A DNA stretch of 64,000 bases, taken from contig MU004197.1 in the NCBI GenBank assembly GCA_010093605.1, positions 930,001-994,000 on the forward strand. The letters run 5' to 3'. How positions within the stretch are numbered: position 1 is the first letter of the stretch; the number at the start of each line of letters is the position of its first letter. This document shows positions 27,401 through 41,467 of this stretch, piece after piece. Below the pieces are notes generated by a model. It was not told where the DNA came from and did not search any database. It saw only the letters and a program-made list of their open reading frames with translations. Made by a program: the position numbers and the translations under genes. The DNA is from Lophium mytilinum (taxonomy: Eukaryota).

Positions 27401-28696
27401 TCATTGGAACTTATTCTACCAAGACATCTACTTACTACGCTCCCTTGCTCTAATATACCGCTATTAACAGTTGCGGGAAGATCTGACGAGACCGTCCTCA
27501 ACCCCTACTTACTCTCGGTCTAGAAGAGAAAGCCTACAAGCCGAACCCCACAAATAGAACTACTTCTACTAGCCTTAACGATGCACCATTCCGCGAAGCC
27601 ACAAAGACACAAGCGCTCCAGCCATCCGAAACTTCTCCGAGCAAAACCGAGCACACCTCCCAGCCCGCCTGCCGCTCAAATCCCCTCTGCCCAACCAATC
27701 CCCCCAAAAACAACCCGCGACACGCGCAGCGACACGAGCCGCTCCCCTCAAACTCGCACATCTACCCGCAAACGGCGTCCGACGACGATTCGTAATAAGC
27801 ACGAAAGATGCTAAACACAAGTTTTCATTGGGAATACCTATACAGCCTTTCTTTGCGTCCGGTGACCCAGCGCTAAACTGAGTCGATCCTGGTATTGCTC
27901 TTTTCCGGGCTAGCACTGAAGCGGCTCGAGGATTTATTGGCCAGAAGGGTGCTATTCCCCCCTAAAGGCGCTCGGAGTTGCTCCCTTAAAAGGTAAGTTT
28001 GTGGCTTGGTATTAGAGAGTGACCACCGGACGCAAAGAGAGACTGTACTACCGCATCACACCTCATACGCCACCCGGGCCCCACATCCCTAGCCATCTCC
28101 CGATCCATCCATCCAGAACACACTCACCACACACACAGACACAGAGATCTTTACCGGAGAAACCGAAAATGCTTGCAGCAGGGCTCAGATTCAAGAACCC
28201 ACGAAAAATCAACCGCGCAGCCACTCCAATCGGGTTTCTCAGCTACAAGATCCAGACCCCGCGAAATGGGATTTCGCATCGCCAATCACGAGAACCCGCC
28301 AACCTGCAACCCACCACACCCCCCTCCCCGCCTCTCTTCCCATCGATTCGATGCAGAACCCGTTATACGACAATCGGAGATATGCTGCCCTTTACTCACC
28401 TCATTCTCCACACAAGATGCCTTTCATGAAATCCCCAATTCCCATCACACAAACTCACGTGAACAAAAGGTGCGCAAGGAAATGCCCAATCCGTCGTAAC
28501 CGATAACGGGGTGTGCCCTAAGAAATTCCCCAAGCACCTAGCGCAATCTCCCAGCCATGATCCCACCGGATCTGAACCAGCATGCCTAGCAAAACCCCGC
28601 TTCTTCTGCAGCGGCAGCCAGTCGCCGCCATGCAGTGACATACCAACCACCTCAGATCGGGGGAAGGCCGTTTGCATGTTTTCAGTCGAACAGGAC

Positions 28697-31600
28697 CTAT
28701 GAGGGGCCGTTGTACGGGCCATACCTGTGCAGGAGAGTCAGCGAGTCGAGCTCCCATTGGGCGGCGAAGGCCAGGCGCCGCCGCCGACGATGGGCGGGGT
28801 GATGAGAAATGGGAGAGAAAATGACGAGGGCGGAGTGTGTGGGCGCAAACGAGGGAGAGGGTGTGGTGTGGAGTGGTCGGGGGTACAGTGAATGCGGATG
28901 GGTGATCCGACAGGGTGGGCTGGGCGACGGCCGTGCATGGATAGCGCAGTGAGGGGAAAGACAAAAGCTTGACGCGAGATTTCAATCTTGCATGCCACAC
29001 GGCCGGGGCCCTCCCGCGCCACACGCAGCACTGAGCACACCTCCGACAAGCCGCGCGTGGGGGTTGCGTCGATTGCGTGCTGGCGAGGGTCGGGTGGGGG
29101 CTGAGACACACTTCTCCCAGGGCCAAGCCGTCGAGCATGCCTCAGCAGGATGCTCGGCCAGCGAGGCGGTGGGAGAGGTGGGATGCGCACCGCTCGCTAT
29201 TTGCAACGAGACGGTGAGCGAGCCCGGCCCACGTGGATGTCGATGGGGAGGGAATATCGAGGGTGGGATACGCAGGATGCGCGACTTTTGACAACAACAG
29301 AAAAATATTTTCACTCACCTCCAGATGCGGGCGCGCATGTCGCCGCTGCCCGTAGCAAATACTCCGCCGGTCGGGCTAGGAGCAACCGAGATGACTACAG
29401 ACACAAAGTCAACTCTGATCAACACGTTGCGCCGTATCAATCAGTCCCGCCGCCCGAATTGTAAGATCGGGCGCGCGGGTCGTGTTAGGCATGGGAGTCG
29501 TCTTGGTGACACTTACCAGAGTTCTTGTGACCCTGCAACATTAGCTGTGCAACGCCCGTGTTGGGATCCCAGAATTGCACGCCGCGGTCCTTGGAGCCGC
29601 TGAGCACCCATTCGCCGTGCGGTGTGAGAGCAACGCTCAAAACGAAGTCCTAGAGAGAAGTCCGTCGTCAGTCCTGTAACCAGTTGCGATATATTGCCCC
29701 TTCACTCTCGTATAGGTGACTGCGACGCGCTTGCTGCTCACCTTATGTCCTTCGAACGTCCTGAGGCACTTGCCACCGCGAGGCCCAGATCCGGGCATCA
29801 TATGAGGTTGTGTCGTCAACTCCCACATCTTGATCGTCTTGTCCAGACTTCCACTAACAAGCCTATCTCCTGTGGGAGCGAAAGCAACAGAGTAGACACT
29901 GTCCTTGTGGCCTTGTTCGCCTTCCAATCTCTCGACGAGCCGTCCGGTATTTGCATCCCATACACGGACGCTCTTATCAAGCGAGCCCGCAGCAACGAAG
30001 CGGTTGTCTGGGGAGATAGCCACTGTCGTAACGCCATCTTCGATGGAAAGCTGGAGAGACTGTTGATTGGACCTGATGTTCCAAAGTCGGACAGTCCGAT
30101 CACCGCTACCAGACGCGATAAACTCCCCATTACGGGAGAAGTCCAAAGAGTAGATGTCTTGCTCATGGCCGACGAATTGGTGTCGAATGGTGCGCGTAGC
30201 AATTTCCCAAACCTGAGGACGCATTAACATTCATTTCCATGAAAACACACAACACACAGGAGCAGGAAGGCTTACCCTAATGATCTTGTCCTCAGCTCCG
30301 GTCGCCAAATACAATCCGTCAGGGGAGAAGCAGACGCTCCGAATGTACAAGTCTCCGTCATCTGGGAGGTTGCCGTCTTGCAGGTGGGCCACAGCTTGGC
30401 CGGTCTCCACCTCGTAAATCTGAGCAGAGCGGTTGCAACCAGTCGCAACATATCTACCGTCGTGGCTAAATCTCACACAGCAAACAACACTCCCATGAAC
30501 AAGGTTGTGAAGCAGATCGACATCGAGTCTCCTCTGGATTTTGGGGTTGAATACTGCGAACCAGTCCTGGCCTTCCTTCTTGAATTCTTGTGGAAGCTGG
30601 TCCACCTCAAGGTCCGCGAGCGTGTTGCTCTGAAGAAGGCTTTGCGCGGCTTGCTGTGAGAAGTGAGAAGGGTTTTGGTTGGGGGGTGGCGTCGGGCGAG
30701 GTACTTGAGGTGAACCCGGGTATGGCGCCGCTGAGTTCTGCTGCGGTGTTGCAGGTCCCGGGGGTCCGCGAGGGCGAGGTTTTCCTCCTGGTGAGGCCGT
30801 TGGTGGTGGCACCTGTCCATAACCTACGAGTCATGATAAGCAGGGTGTTCATCAATGAGCCAAAACAGAGGGCGAAGCGGGTATCCACGCTCAACCCCAA
30901 TTCCTCTTCTTAACAAGCAGTCGGACACTTACCATTGACGGCTGGTGCAGGCTGATATCCTCCGAAGGGTGCGTGAGACGGCGGTCCCGGTGCAGGGTTG
31001 AGACCAGGCGGGCCTTGGGACATATGGGGAGGAAGACCTTGGGGCTGAGGCTGCTCCTGAGGAGGAGGAGCAAGGCCAGGACCACCTTGAGCAGCGCTGC
31101 CAGCCATGATACCGCCGAACAGATTGCTTGGTCCATGACCGATCGAAGGAGGGGGTGGCTGAGAGGGGCCATGATGATGTGACGATTGGCTTGGACCGCC
31201 GCGGGCATCCAATTCCCGCTGCAGACGTGCAAGGTCATCCTCGTATCTGCGACAAGATGTCAATTTTGATTCCAGCAATCCCTCCTACCGCAAGAGGCAT
31301 GTGTTCTAGCAACAGTCCAGATACAGAAGTCCGGTTTGTTTAGTCTGTGCAGCCAATCGAAATGAATTGTGCTACTTACTTGGCCTTCATTTGTTGATGA
31401 TCGCGCTCAAGCTGCAAGAGCCTGCTCCGCACCAATTCGACCTCGTTGATCTGGCCCGTGACTATTGACGCGATCACTCTGTCAGCAATGGCTTGGGTGT
31501 TCATATTGAGAAGTCGAGTTTTGGAAAAAAGGAACAACTGCCAGGATCACCACGCTTTGGATCACAAGCTCAATATGAATTTCGGCATGGAATAACTATA

Positions 31601-31814
31601 GCCGACGACGTTCAAGAGCGGGCGGAAAGGTACAGTAGACAGCCTCCGCGGAGGGCAACGACATGCGGCAAGTATGCGAGACAAACTCACTCTGACTCTC
31701 GTATTCCATGCTCTTGCGCGCCTCTTGGTCGAATTCCTGGCGGATCTGGTCGAGGAGCTCAATGAGGCGCGGGTTCGGCCCTTGTGGGGCCATGCGGCCA
31801 TGGGCGTTGTACAT
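28697..31814 (-). CDS. TUP1: General transcriptional co-repressor Tup1/RCO-1 (Tup_N plus WD40)
   Basis: [15 protein letters not shown]-terminus. WD40 repeats [60 protein letters not shown] and [13 protein letters not shown]. The final exon encodes YGPYNGPS*. Confidence 0.96.
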
Positions 31815-33802
31815 GATTGCGGGCGTAGAGTTCTGTTATTCGGCGGTGTTGAGATGCGCGTGGTGTTCGACCGTCCGTGTAGCGTCCCGAAGGCGTTCAG
31901 GCACGATGGGGTGGGCGCCCGGATTGTCAAGCAAGACGCAGCGCTGAATGCGACACAGCGGCCTCGCGCAGAGCAGGCTGGAGGGTCGGTGCGGCGCGGT
32001 GGTAGTCGCGCAGGCTGAACGGGAGGTCACAGGCAGCTCGGCCGTGATTGAGGCGTGGAGAGGCGCGACGATGGGTGGTTGAGATGGGAGCGATGGATGG
32101 GGATGCGTGGTGAAGTGGTGAAGGTGGTGAAGCTGAGGTCGGTCGGCACGATAGGAGCAGAGGGAAGAGAGTTGTGAGGAATCAGGCGCAACCGCAGGGC
32201 GGGCTCGCCTGTCAAGCACGGACGGGAGATAAGTGGGTTCGGTGCTGCGGCTAGCCGGTTGAGTCGACCGGGGAAACGCCGCAACCTCAACACCATGGAA
32301 ACAAACGCGCCACGGTTACACACGCCGCGACCACGATGCCAACAACCCGACTTTGGACTTCGTCTGCCGGTCCCAGGCTTCAAGGTGGACGAGGGGCCTC
32401 TGTGCTGTACTCTGCGACGCTACATTGGCCCATGGAACAGCTCCCAATCGTCTGGCCAGCCTTATTCAGAGGCAGCCCGTGCCAGCTTCATCCATGGGTA
32501 GACCTGGCGCCGTTCGCATCGCGCTCTCCACAGCCCTTATTTCCAGCTGACAAAATCGAACAAGTCGAGTCATAATGATCGAAACGTGGCTACTGCTACA
32601 AAACCGTAAAACACAAAACGCCAACACGGCTCTCTGCACATCCTCCCCGATGGCGGCCCGTTCCTTGTCGTTCACCGGTCGGAACGGATGCAGATCCGAT
32701 ATCGCGACTCTTGGCACGGTGCTGCATCTCCTCGCTCGGCTGTGATTGGACGGCACGACGATGGGCGGCACTGTCTCATATGTATCAACCCGTCTATATT
32801 TCCGCGCCCTAGATGCCGGTTCACAACGCAGGTCTTGCGGGTGCATTCGACGACTAGCTTCCTCGAATGTACCTACATATTCGTACTTGCGTGTCGAAAG
32901 GGACTTCCGACAGTACATAGAAGCGTCGGTGCTCGGTTCGAGCGGTCGCAACGCAGTCCTCCAACGTTCGCCACGCTGTGTCACGGCAGCCCTGAGATTC
33001 TCGTGGCGGGTGAGGTTGGTGATGTTCCACCTGGGCACTGCAAGCTCCCCGCGGGTAAAATTAGCCACAAGCTAGCCGGAAGCGCCCTAGCCTGAACCCC
33101 AGATTCCGTCGAGACATCTACGCATTGGGACCTAGCTACCGGTACAATTCACTCTTCCGTGCATGTCCAGTCACCTTCGTCATGCAGAACATCTTATTCA
33201 CTCCCCACGGTTCGTCCCAGCTTGATGCTGCCCGGAGACGCCGCCGCGGTTTTAGGGGACGTCCCTAGTCGTCGGCGGCGTATTACGACGTCACGAAAAG
33301 TCTCATGATATGTGGTATCGCCTCGCCGCCCATTGCCCAGTGCCAGGCCCATCCACGTCCAATGCCACATGTGCACTCACCGCTTATACATGGCAGCCCA
33401 CCCGGCAAGCCCTGCCTTCTTTCAACACGTGAGGTCCTGTGTACAGTCCTTGTGCGATAGCCAGTCGCGGACCTCCCCCCATTCCCCCGCCCACCGCCAC
33501 ATTCTCTGGACCAATGCTACTGCACTTTTTATTCTTGCTAGTCACCGTGCCTGCGAAACTCCAGTGTTGCCCACCCACACTCCCACGCGAGATCACGCGC
33601 CGTCTCAGCCTTCCCGTGTAGTGATTATCATACGAGGATCGCATCCGACTACTCCCACGTCGCGCAGTCGACGCTTATAAGCCCCTCTCCCACCGACTCG
33701 TCCTGACATTCTCACGCAATTGTCTTTGATCACTTCTCACTAACCATCTCAATTGTTAAACTCATACCAAGCAATTGCTATCCCCTTCCTCCCGTACCAA
33801 TC

Positions 33803-36210
33803 ATGGCGTCGCATAGTGCTCTCCTGAGCCCCGGTGACGCGTTGCCCATTAGACCTCATGCCAAAGGACTCCGCCGCCGCAAGACTAAGCACGCTTTCCA
33901 GGCCAAAACTTCAACCCAACAGCTGGAGAGAGCCAAGGACGACGACGAGTATGGCGTCGCCCTGCAGGTACGCTTTCTTCCCAAAATATTCCCTCCCCAT
34001 CAACCCAGTTCTGACGAAGTCGTGGATAGACTCTTTTCATAGGCCTGTCGGCAAACGACGGAGTAGGCGGGACTGTAGATGCCGGATTCGCATCCCATGA
34101 TGGCACATACAGTATCGATTTTGCTGTTCAAACACTAGGTGGAAAGGGTGGCTTCGGTGGTACTGACAGTGGGACGGATACGCCTGGACGCTCAGGCACA
34201 GACTCCCCCTCCGGCATACTTACACCATCGGGAATGCGGACGCCTCTCCTTCCCGAAGAACGAGCAGGAGTTCTTGCCGACTACTTTGTCGAAAAGATCC
34301 GGGAATACCAGCAGGACCATCTATACAAGTTCGTGGGGGCTGGATTGACCAAGAAGGTCGTTCAAATGAGTCCGAATCTGCCAGCACGACTTTGGTGGGA
34401 GCTGGATATTGTCCCGCTAATTTTCGAAACTGGACTCGAAGAACCTTTCCCTAAAGCAGCCCGACACGGTATCGCAGTTGACGAAGAGGCAGACTCGATG
34501 GCCAGAAAATGTCTAATGTACGGAATCCTACCCAATTGCCTATATTCAATTACTTACGATCTACAGGTTCTTCGGACCCAGCCAACAGCCTCGCGTGCAA
34601 GTAGGCTACCGTAACGAGGTCGAGGTCGATTCTGGAGGCCACGCCCAGATCACTTGTCTCGATCAGTACCCTGAGACAGTCGGCGACGCAACTTGGAAAG
34701 CGACCATGAAATACGTCCAGTCTCTGAAAGACAACAACGTGAGGATTGCGTTCTTCAACAGCACGCCGCAGGGTGGTGGGGTCGCATTAATGAGACATGC
34801 TCTCATTAGGCTTCTTCGTCTCGTGGGCGTCGACGCAGCTTGGTAAGTCCCAGCAAACCGTCTTTTCATGCATGTTGCTAACAGCGAAATAGGTACGTGC
34901 CGAAACCAAAGCCCGAGGTCTTCCGAATCACCAAGAACAACCACAACATCCTTCAAGGCGTTGCCGATCCTAATCTGCGGTTGACCGACTACCAAATGAA
35001 AGTACTAGACGATTGGTGCTTGCAAAACGCGGAGAGATTCTGGATCTCAGAAGGAGGCGCGCTGGCTCCTCGATCCCAAGGAGGTGCAGATGTTATCATC
35101 GTAGACGACCCCCAATTGCCAAGCTTGGTCCAGATCGCGAAGAAACTCGACCCAACACGACCCGTTATCTTTCGATCGCATATTCAAGTCCGCGCCGATC
35201 TTGCGGATCAACCCGGCACTCCCACGTCGGAAGTCTGGAACTGGGTATGGAAGAACGTTAAAGACGCCGATGTCTTCGTCAGCCACCCGGTCCGAGAGTT
35301 CATTCCTAGTATCGTCAACTTCGACAGGGTCGGCTATATGCCCGCCACCACCGACTGGCTTGATGGCTTGAACAAAGAGATGAGCGATTGGGACACCTCG
35401 TACTACCTGCACGAATTCAACTCCGAGTGCTTCCGCCAACGAATGGACCGGCTCGAGTTCCCAGCCCGCGACTACATCGTGCAGATCGCCCGCTTCGACC
35501 CGGCCAAAGGCATCCCCGACGTGCTCGAATCCTACGCTAAACTCCGCCGGGAGTACATGAGCGAGATGGACAAGGCCGACATCCCGCAGCTCGTCGTCGC
35601 GGGCCACGGCGCCATCGACGACCCGGACGCGACCCTAATCTTCGACCAAACCCTCAGCCTCCTCGAGACCAAGTACCCAGACATCCGCCACGACGTCGTC
35701 GTCATGCGCCTCGGCCCCACGGACCAGACCCTCAACGCCCTCATGTCCAACGCCAAAGTCGCGCTCCAGCTCTCCACGCGCGAGGGCTTCGAGGTCAAGG
35801 TCTCCGAGGCGCTGCACAAGGGCATCCCCGTCATCGCGACCCGCGCTGGCGGCATCCCGCTTCAAGTGGAGCATGAGAAGAGCGGGTACCTCGTCGAGCC
35901 CGGCGATAGCGATGCCGTCGCGAAGCATCTCTATCATCTGTTCACGGATGTCCCCGCGTACGATGATATGAGCGAGTACGCGGCGTTGCATGTCAGCGAC
36001 GAGGTCAGCACGGTGGGCAATGCGCTTGCGTGGCTGTATCTGGCGGACACGTTGGCGAAGGGAGAGAAGATCGAGCCGAAGAGTGCGTGGATCAATGACT
36101 TGGCGCGGGAGAAGGCGGGGTTGCCGTATACGAAGGGGGAGAGTAGGCTGCCGAGAGTGGAGGGGTTGGATCTGGAGACGCCGGTTGTGGCAAAGGAGCC
36201 GGAGGCTTAG
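33803..36210 (+). CDS. Trehalose synthase/phosphorylase (ccg-9-like, GT4 glycosyltransferase)
   Basis: IAFFNSTPQGGGVALMRHALIR, VFRITKNNHNILQG, IVQIARFDPAKGIPDV and ALQLSTREGFEVKVSEALHKG. Three introns. Confidence 0.93.
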
Positions 36211-37424
36211 TGAGTGACGAGGCGGATTTCGGGATGAGGTGTTGTGGTGGAAGAGGTTCTTAAGGGTGCATATGGGGAAAGGGGATTCATGATTATGACG
36301 GTGACTTTTCTACTCAAGACTAATTACAAATAAAGTCGGGCAAGAGACGGGATTGTACAGTACACAATATACTCATTTTGGGCTTTTGAAGCGTTAAAAA
36401 GTGTTTTCTTTTACTCATCGATGTACTGAGGTGTACTTATCCTGGTCGCATCGCGATCGGGACATAGAGAACTTCACACAATGTCAACAGGCCTGATAGA
36501 GATAGCTTGGACTTCGCTTGAATTACTCTGGATCGTTTACTACACCTCAACCGAGATGCTTCGAAGGGCGCCAAGGGGGCAGAAGTAGGGGAGGCCGAAG
36601 CTAGCCTGATTAATAGCGTGGTAAGCTTTACATCACATCTTAAGTAGGTATAGCATATTAAGGCGCCTCTAACGATAGTGAATGGTTGCTAATAGGATAT
36701 CTCAAGCGACGATTTGGATCAAGGTGAGTCTTATATTCGTTCTTTTTGCTCCAATGCTATAAAGCCTAGTAGACCTCCCATATACTCAAACAGTTCTCAG
36801 CGCGGCCGCGAATATTACCCGTACTCTAGTTCCACCACTCTATTGCGATTCAAATCTCTACAAATCTTTAGAAAGGTACAAAAAATAGCAAAAGCGACGT
36901 ATAAAGATAATGTATAACGAGACGACAAACATGGATGAGACACTACCACACTGCCAACGACGCGTAATGGAGGGCTTCTTCATGAAGGGCTCCTTCACAA
37001 AGGGGTCTGATTCGACCTTGACACCTTTCTCTCTGTGCATTTCCCAGAAATTGAAAACCTCCTTCCTCTTCACCATAGCCTACTCCGGTAAAGTATGGGC
37101 CATCATATATGCCGCATCCGGTGCATGTGCTCGAGCAAGCTCGAAGAGTGTTAACGCCGGGGGCCGATTGGAAGTTTCCGAGGTCAGCGCCTGCTGCATT
37201 GCTTGATCAAGACCGGTGGAGTAGTCTAGGCTGATGATAGGCTTCGCCTTTCTCGCCGTATTTCTTTTCGCTTGCTTCTTTGCAGATAGGCTTGCTTCAA
37301 TATCCGAGAAATCCGTGAACTTGGAGCTGAATAGTTCGCATGGGGGCTGGCCGTGGGCGAGGAAGTGTACTACTGCGCCTAGAGCCCATATATCGAACTC
37401 TTCTCTTGAGCGAAGCGGTTCTGG

Positions 37425-37573
37425 GCCCAGCGCTCTTTGGGGTAGGTGACAGCAAACTTGATCGTGTTGGAGGTCTGTCCCTCATCCAGCTTGGAGTTGT
37501 AGCGCTGGTTCGCCTCGATGCGGAGAACGTCGACGGGCAGGTAAGTGTCCTTGCCCTTGGTCATCTTGACAAG
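37425..37573 (-). other. Captured Argonaute fragment A (PAZ end/linker 2), 149 bp
   Basis: Encodes LVKMTKGKDTYLPVDVLRIEANQRYNSKLDEGQTSNTIKFAVTYPKERW. Inserted between the two prolines of the kinase Y(Q)P|PE motif. Confidence 0.88.
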
Positions 37574-37690
37574 GGGCTAGTACGTGTAGGTACCTGGGCC
37601 CCGCTCGTATTCGTCATTCTCGGTGGTTTGGAGGTGAGCGAGTCCGGAGTCGCCCAGGTTAAGATTAGGGTAACCGCCTTCCACGCTGCT

Positions 37691-40600
37691 CAGGGCTGCT
37701 ATCCAACCAACCAACCAATCCGAGTCGTTCAGATTGGTTGGATTGGCGTATTAGTCAGCGAGGGTCAATATTAGTTGGTTGGTTAGACCAATATTAGCCA
37801 ATATTAGCAATTAGCCAATTAGTATAAGGTTAGTATATAATAGTAATACTTAGCATGGTATTAAGTTTAAGTATTAATTTATCTACCTATTTCTAAACAG
37901 CCTACCTATTTTATAATAGCCTACCCGTTTTTAGCAGCCTACCTATTTTTAGTAGCCTACCTGTTTTTAGTAGCCTTAGTCCTTACTCTAACTTAATATA
38001 TTATTATACGTTTACTTTAATTACTATCCTCTAACTAATCCGCCGTCTAGTATATTAATAAGATTGTCTCTCTCCTATAAAGATAATAAGATAGTTACTC
38101 CTATAATATTAATATCTAGTACTAATCTATTTAGAGCCTATAATAGGCCTATTTAGTTAAAATTATATTTATTACTAGTACTTATAGCTAGAATAAATAG
38201 AAGGTTAAGAGCTATATAGGTAAGATAAGAGTATTTAGAAAGTCTTAATACCTAATACTTAATTAGATTAGTAACGCGGCGGTTATTAGTATACGCACCG
38301 CGGGCAATCTAGTAAGTATACTCGTCCTCTCTAACTTATAATAAAGCTATACTTATAGCTATAACTATAAAGAAGGTTATAAAGAAGTTATTCTTATTAA
38401 GAGCTAATACCTTTACTTACTATTGCGCCTCTACCTTACTAAGTTTAATAATATAGTATTTATATTTTAAATTCTATAGCCTCTATATATTCTTCTTTAC
38501 TTCCCTAATCTAATTAGCCTTACTAGCCTAATACTTCTCTATAAAGTCCTATTTATATGCTAGATATAGTACTATAGCTATAATATAGGTAGCCGTGCGG
38601 TTAGTAAGGTTATAATACTTATTAAGTTTTATCCAGGCAAGGTTAATGCTATATTAAAAGTGCTCCTCTAGGTAGTAAGTATATAGAACCTTAAACTTTT
38701 TAAGATAGAAGAGAAGATTCTTATATATAGGTAGAACCTTCTAAAGAGAGCCTTTCTTTTCTTAAGAGATTCTACCTTCTAGGCGCTTTATAGCTATCTT
38801 AAAGGGCTTTAGAAGCTGCAGATACTCTATAATTACTACCTAGTCCTTATCTATAAGGGTATTCTTTATAATAGCTAGCTACTTATAACTTCTAGTAGGC
38901 GTAGGTTAGGTGCTACTACAGGTCTACTTTATAATATAGGTATACTACTTAGCTACCTCCTCTTCTATAACTATATTAAGATATAGCTATATCTAAATAC
39001 TGCGTTCTATTATAGACTTAATGCTATTCTATTGCGTTGCTACTAGCTTAATAGAATAATATACCTTAGTCTTATTTACTTCCTTCTAAAGCTAAATAAG
39101 ATATTATATGCGCAGCTCTAAATTAAATAGCTATATTATAATAAACTATAGCTTTATAATTAGCCCTAGCTTTTACTAGACTTATAGCTTTAATACTATA
39201 TCCTTATCTAGAAGGTTGTATTTATAGTCCTATAAAAACTCCCCTTTCTAATTACTAGTAAAGAGCGCTCTAATAATAAGGTTAATAACGTAGCTAAGGT
39301 AGCGTAGTTGCTATTTATATTTATTAACTCTAAAGTCTTCTATTTCTTATAGAAATATATTAAGGTTATTAGCGTTATTAGCTATAATATAGCCTACCTA
39401 CTTACTATTAGCTGCATGTACGCGTAATAAAATAAGAAGGCTAAGTAATAAAATAAGAAGGCTAAGTAATAAAATAGGAAGGCTATTATATACTACCTAT
39501 TTATAGCAAGACTAATATATACTACCTATTATAGTAAGACTAATATATATAACCTATTTATAGTAAGACTATTATATACTACCTATTCTATATATACTAT
39601 CTATACTATATATACTATCTATTCTATATATACTATCTATTCTATATATACTACCTATTTATAAATAGGTAGTATATAGCAGCCTTACTATAAACGGGTT
39701 ATATATAATAGTCTTTCTATTATATTACTTAGCCCTTCTATTTTATTATATTAACGCAGCTAGCAGTAAGCTTACCTACTCTTATCTAATTTTAAACTAT
39801 TTAAATATCTATACTACTACCTCTTTAATATAGGTTCTACGGTGCCGGTCTATTATTTCTAGTAGGGCTAGTATAATAGAGTAGTATTAATAGACAGCGT
39901 CTATAAAATAGTAATTAATTCCTAGTAGCGCTTTATAATTGCGTGCAGTCTAAAGATCTATAGAGAAGTAAAGCTTTCTAGGCGCTACTAAAAGGAGTTA
40001 TTTAATAGTTTTCTAATAGCGGTAATACTTAGATAGTATATAGGTTTATAGTATTATATAGTATAGTAAGTAATTACTAATAGTAATAGCCTAATTAAGA
40101 TAGGTAAGAAGAGCACGGAGGTGCGGGCTTTTAATAGTAATAAGAGGAATCTTAGTATATATAACCCATTAAATTAGCAGCTAGAAAAAGTGCGTAGGCG
40201 TAAAGGAATAAATAATAGTATTAATTTGCGCTTACTTATAAGAAATACTAGTAGAGAGCTAGAGCTACTTAATAATACTAAGCTATTTTAGCTTCTTAGT
40301 GGCGTATTTACTAATAAAGATCTAATAACTTTTAGACAGGTACTTAGCGTAGTTATTAGTTTCTAGGGCAGTATAGATATAGCCCTCTTATGCTTTTAAT
40401 ATATAGTATAGCTTATAATACTAGAATCTTTTACCTATCTCCTTCTTTTATATATTATAGCTATGCTTCTATACCTCTCCTATTCTATTATACTGCGAGC
40501 GCGTAGGTTTATAATAGCTAAGAAGACGGCCCTAGTTAATATTATTATAGGCGTTTAAGTATTGCGGCTGCTCGGCTACCTTATATTATTACTACTTGCG

Positions 40601-41197
40601 GAATACTTATATAAGTATTAGATTATCTTTGCTAGGGTTATATAATAATATAACTATAGATGTAACTATAGATGCAACTATAGATATAATAGAAGTAGAA
40701 GTAGTAGAAGTAGTAGAAGTGGCAGAAGTATAAGAGGTACATTAATTACATTACAGCGGTATAGTAGATGTAATAGTTATAATAGATATAATAGAGTTAA
40801 TAATAAGATTATAATATATTATATACAGCGGCATTAAGGCGTGCAGCATTAAGGTAGCTATCTTAAAAATTCATTATAGGAGGCTATTAGCGCAGGCTAA
40901 GCTAAAAGGGAAGTATATATAAAATAGGAAGGCTATAGTTTATAAAAAGGCTGCAGGTTTATAGTAAGACTATAAGATTATAGCAAGACTATAGTATTAA
41001 AGTTATAGGTAGCCCGCGCTAAGGCGGTATATAGTTACGTGGTAATATATTAGCGTATTAGCTAATACTCTAACTAATTAGAGCCCTCTATATTAGTTGG
41101 TTGGCCTATTTTCTAAAGAGAGATTGGTTAGATTGGTTGCTTATTAATTAACCAATATTGGCCAATCGCCAATATAGTTGGTTGGATAGCAGCCCTG
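37691..41197 (-). mobile_element. hAT-superfamily DNA transposon, heavily RIP-mutated, 3507 bp
   Basis: Perfect 21-bp TIRs CAGGGCTGCTATCCAACCAAC and an 8-bp TSD ACGCTGCT (37683-37690 and 41198-41205). The interior is very AT- and TpA-rich with no long ORFs. A minus-strand relic IKY*VLRLSKYSYLTYIALNLLFILAIS near 38170-38270 fits the hAT dimerisation domain. Confidence 0.92.
39421..39680. repeat. Short tandem repeats inside the transposon
   Basis: AATAAAATAAGAAGGCTAAGT about 2.5 times, followed by several TATACTAC/TCTATT-type units. Confidence 0.7.
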
Positions 41198-41315
41198 ACG
41201 CTGCTTGGAACAACAAGAAGGCTTCCGGGCTCTATTTCGTCGTGGATGATGGAGTGTATGTCATGAAGCCACGTGAGGGCCTCTGTCTCTTGAAGGAAAA
41301 GTGCCATATTAGGGC

Positions 41316-41467
41316 CTGGGAGACAACACCAAAGCGGCAGTCACAGGACTTCTTGATACGACGGTACACGTCGATATCCTTGTCGTTGACGATGAACACA
41401 AGAAGCTGCGGGCGAGAGGTGAACTTGTTCCCATTCGCCTGCCAAACGGAGTTGATTATCTCACCAC
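41316..41467 (-). other. Captured Argonaute fragment B (MID domain), 152 bp
   Basis: Encodes GEIINSVWQANGNKFTSRPQLLVFIVNDKDIDVYRRIKKSCDCRFGVVSQ. Inserted between kinase codons ITE and ALIWH. Confidence 0.9.

Noticed and set aside
27050..27800. F-box-like SLPVELRHAI and a low-complexity reading frame
   Set aside because: Interrupted by stops and too little similarity to call a gene or pseudogene.
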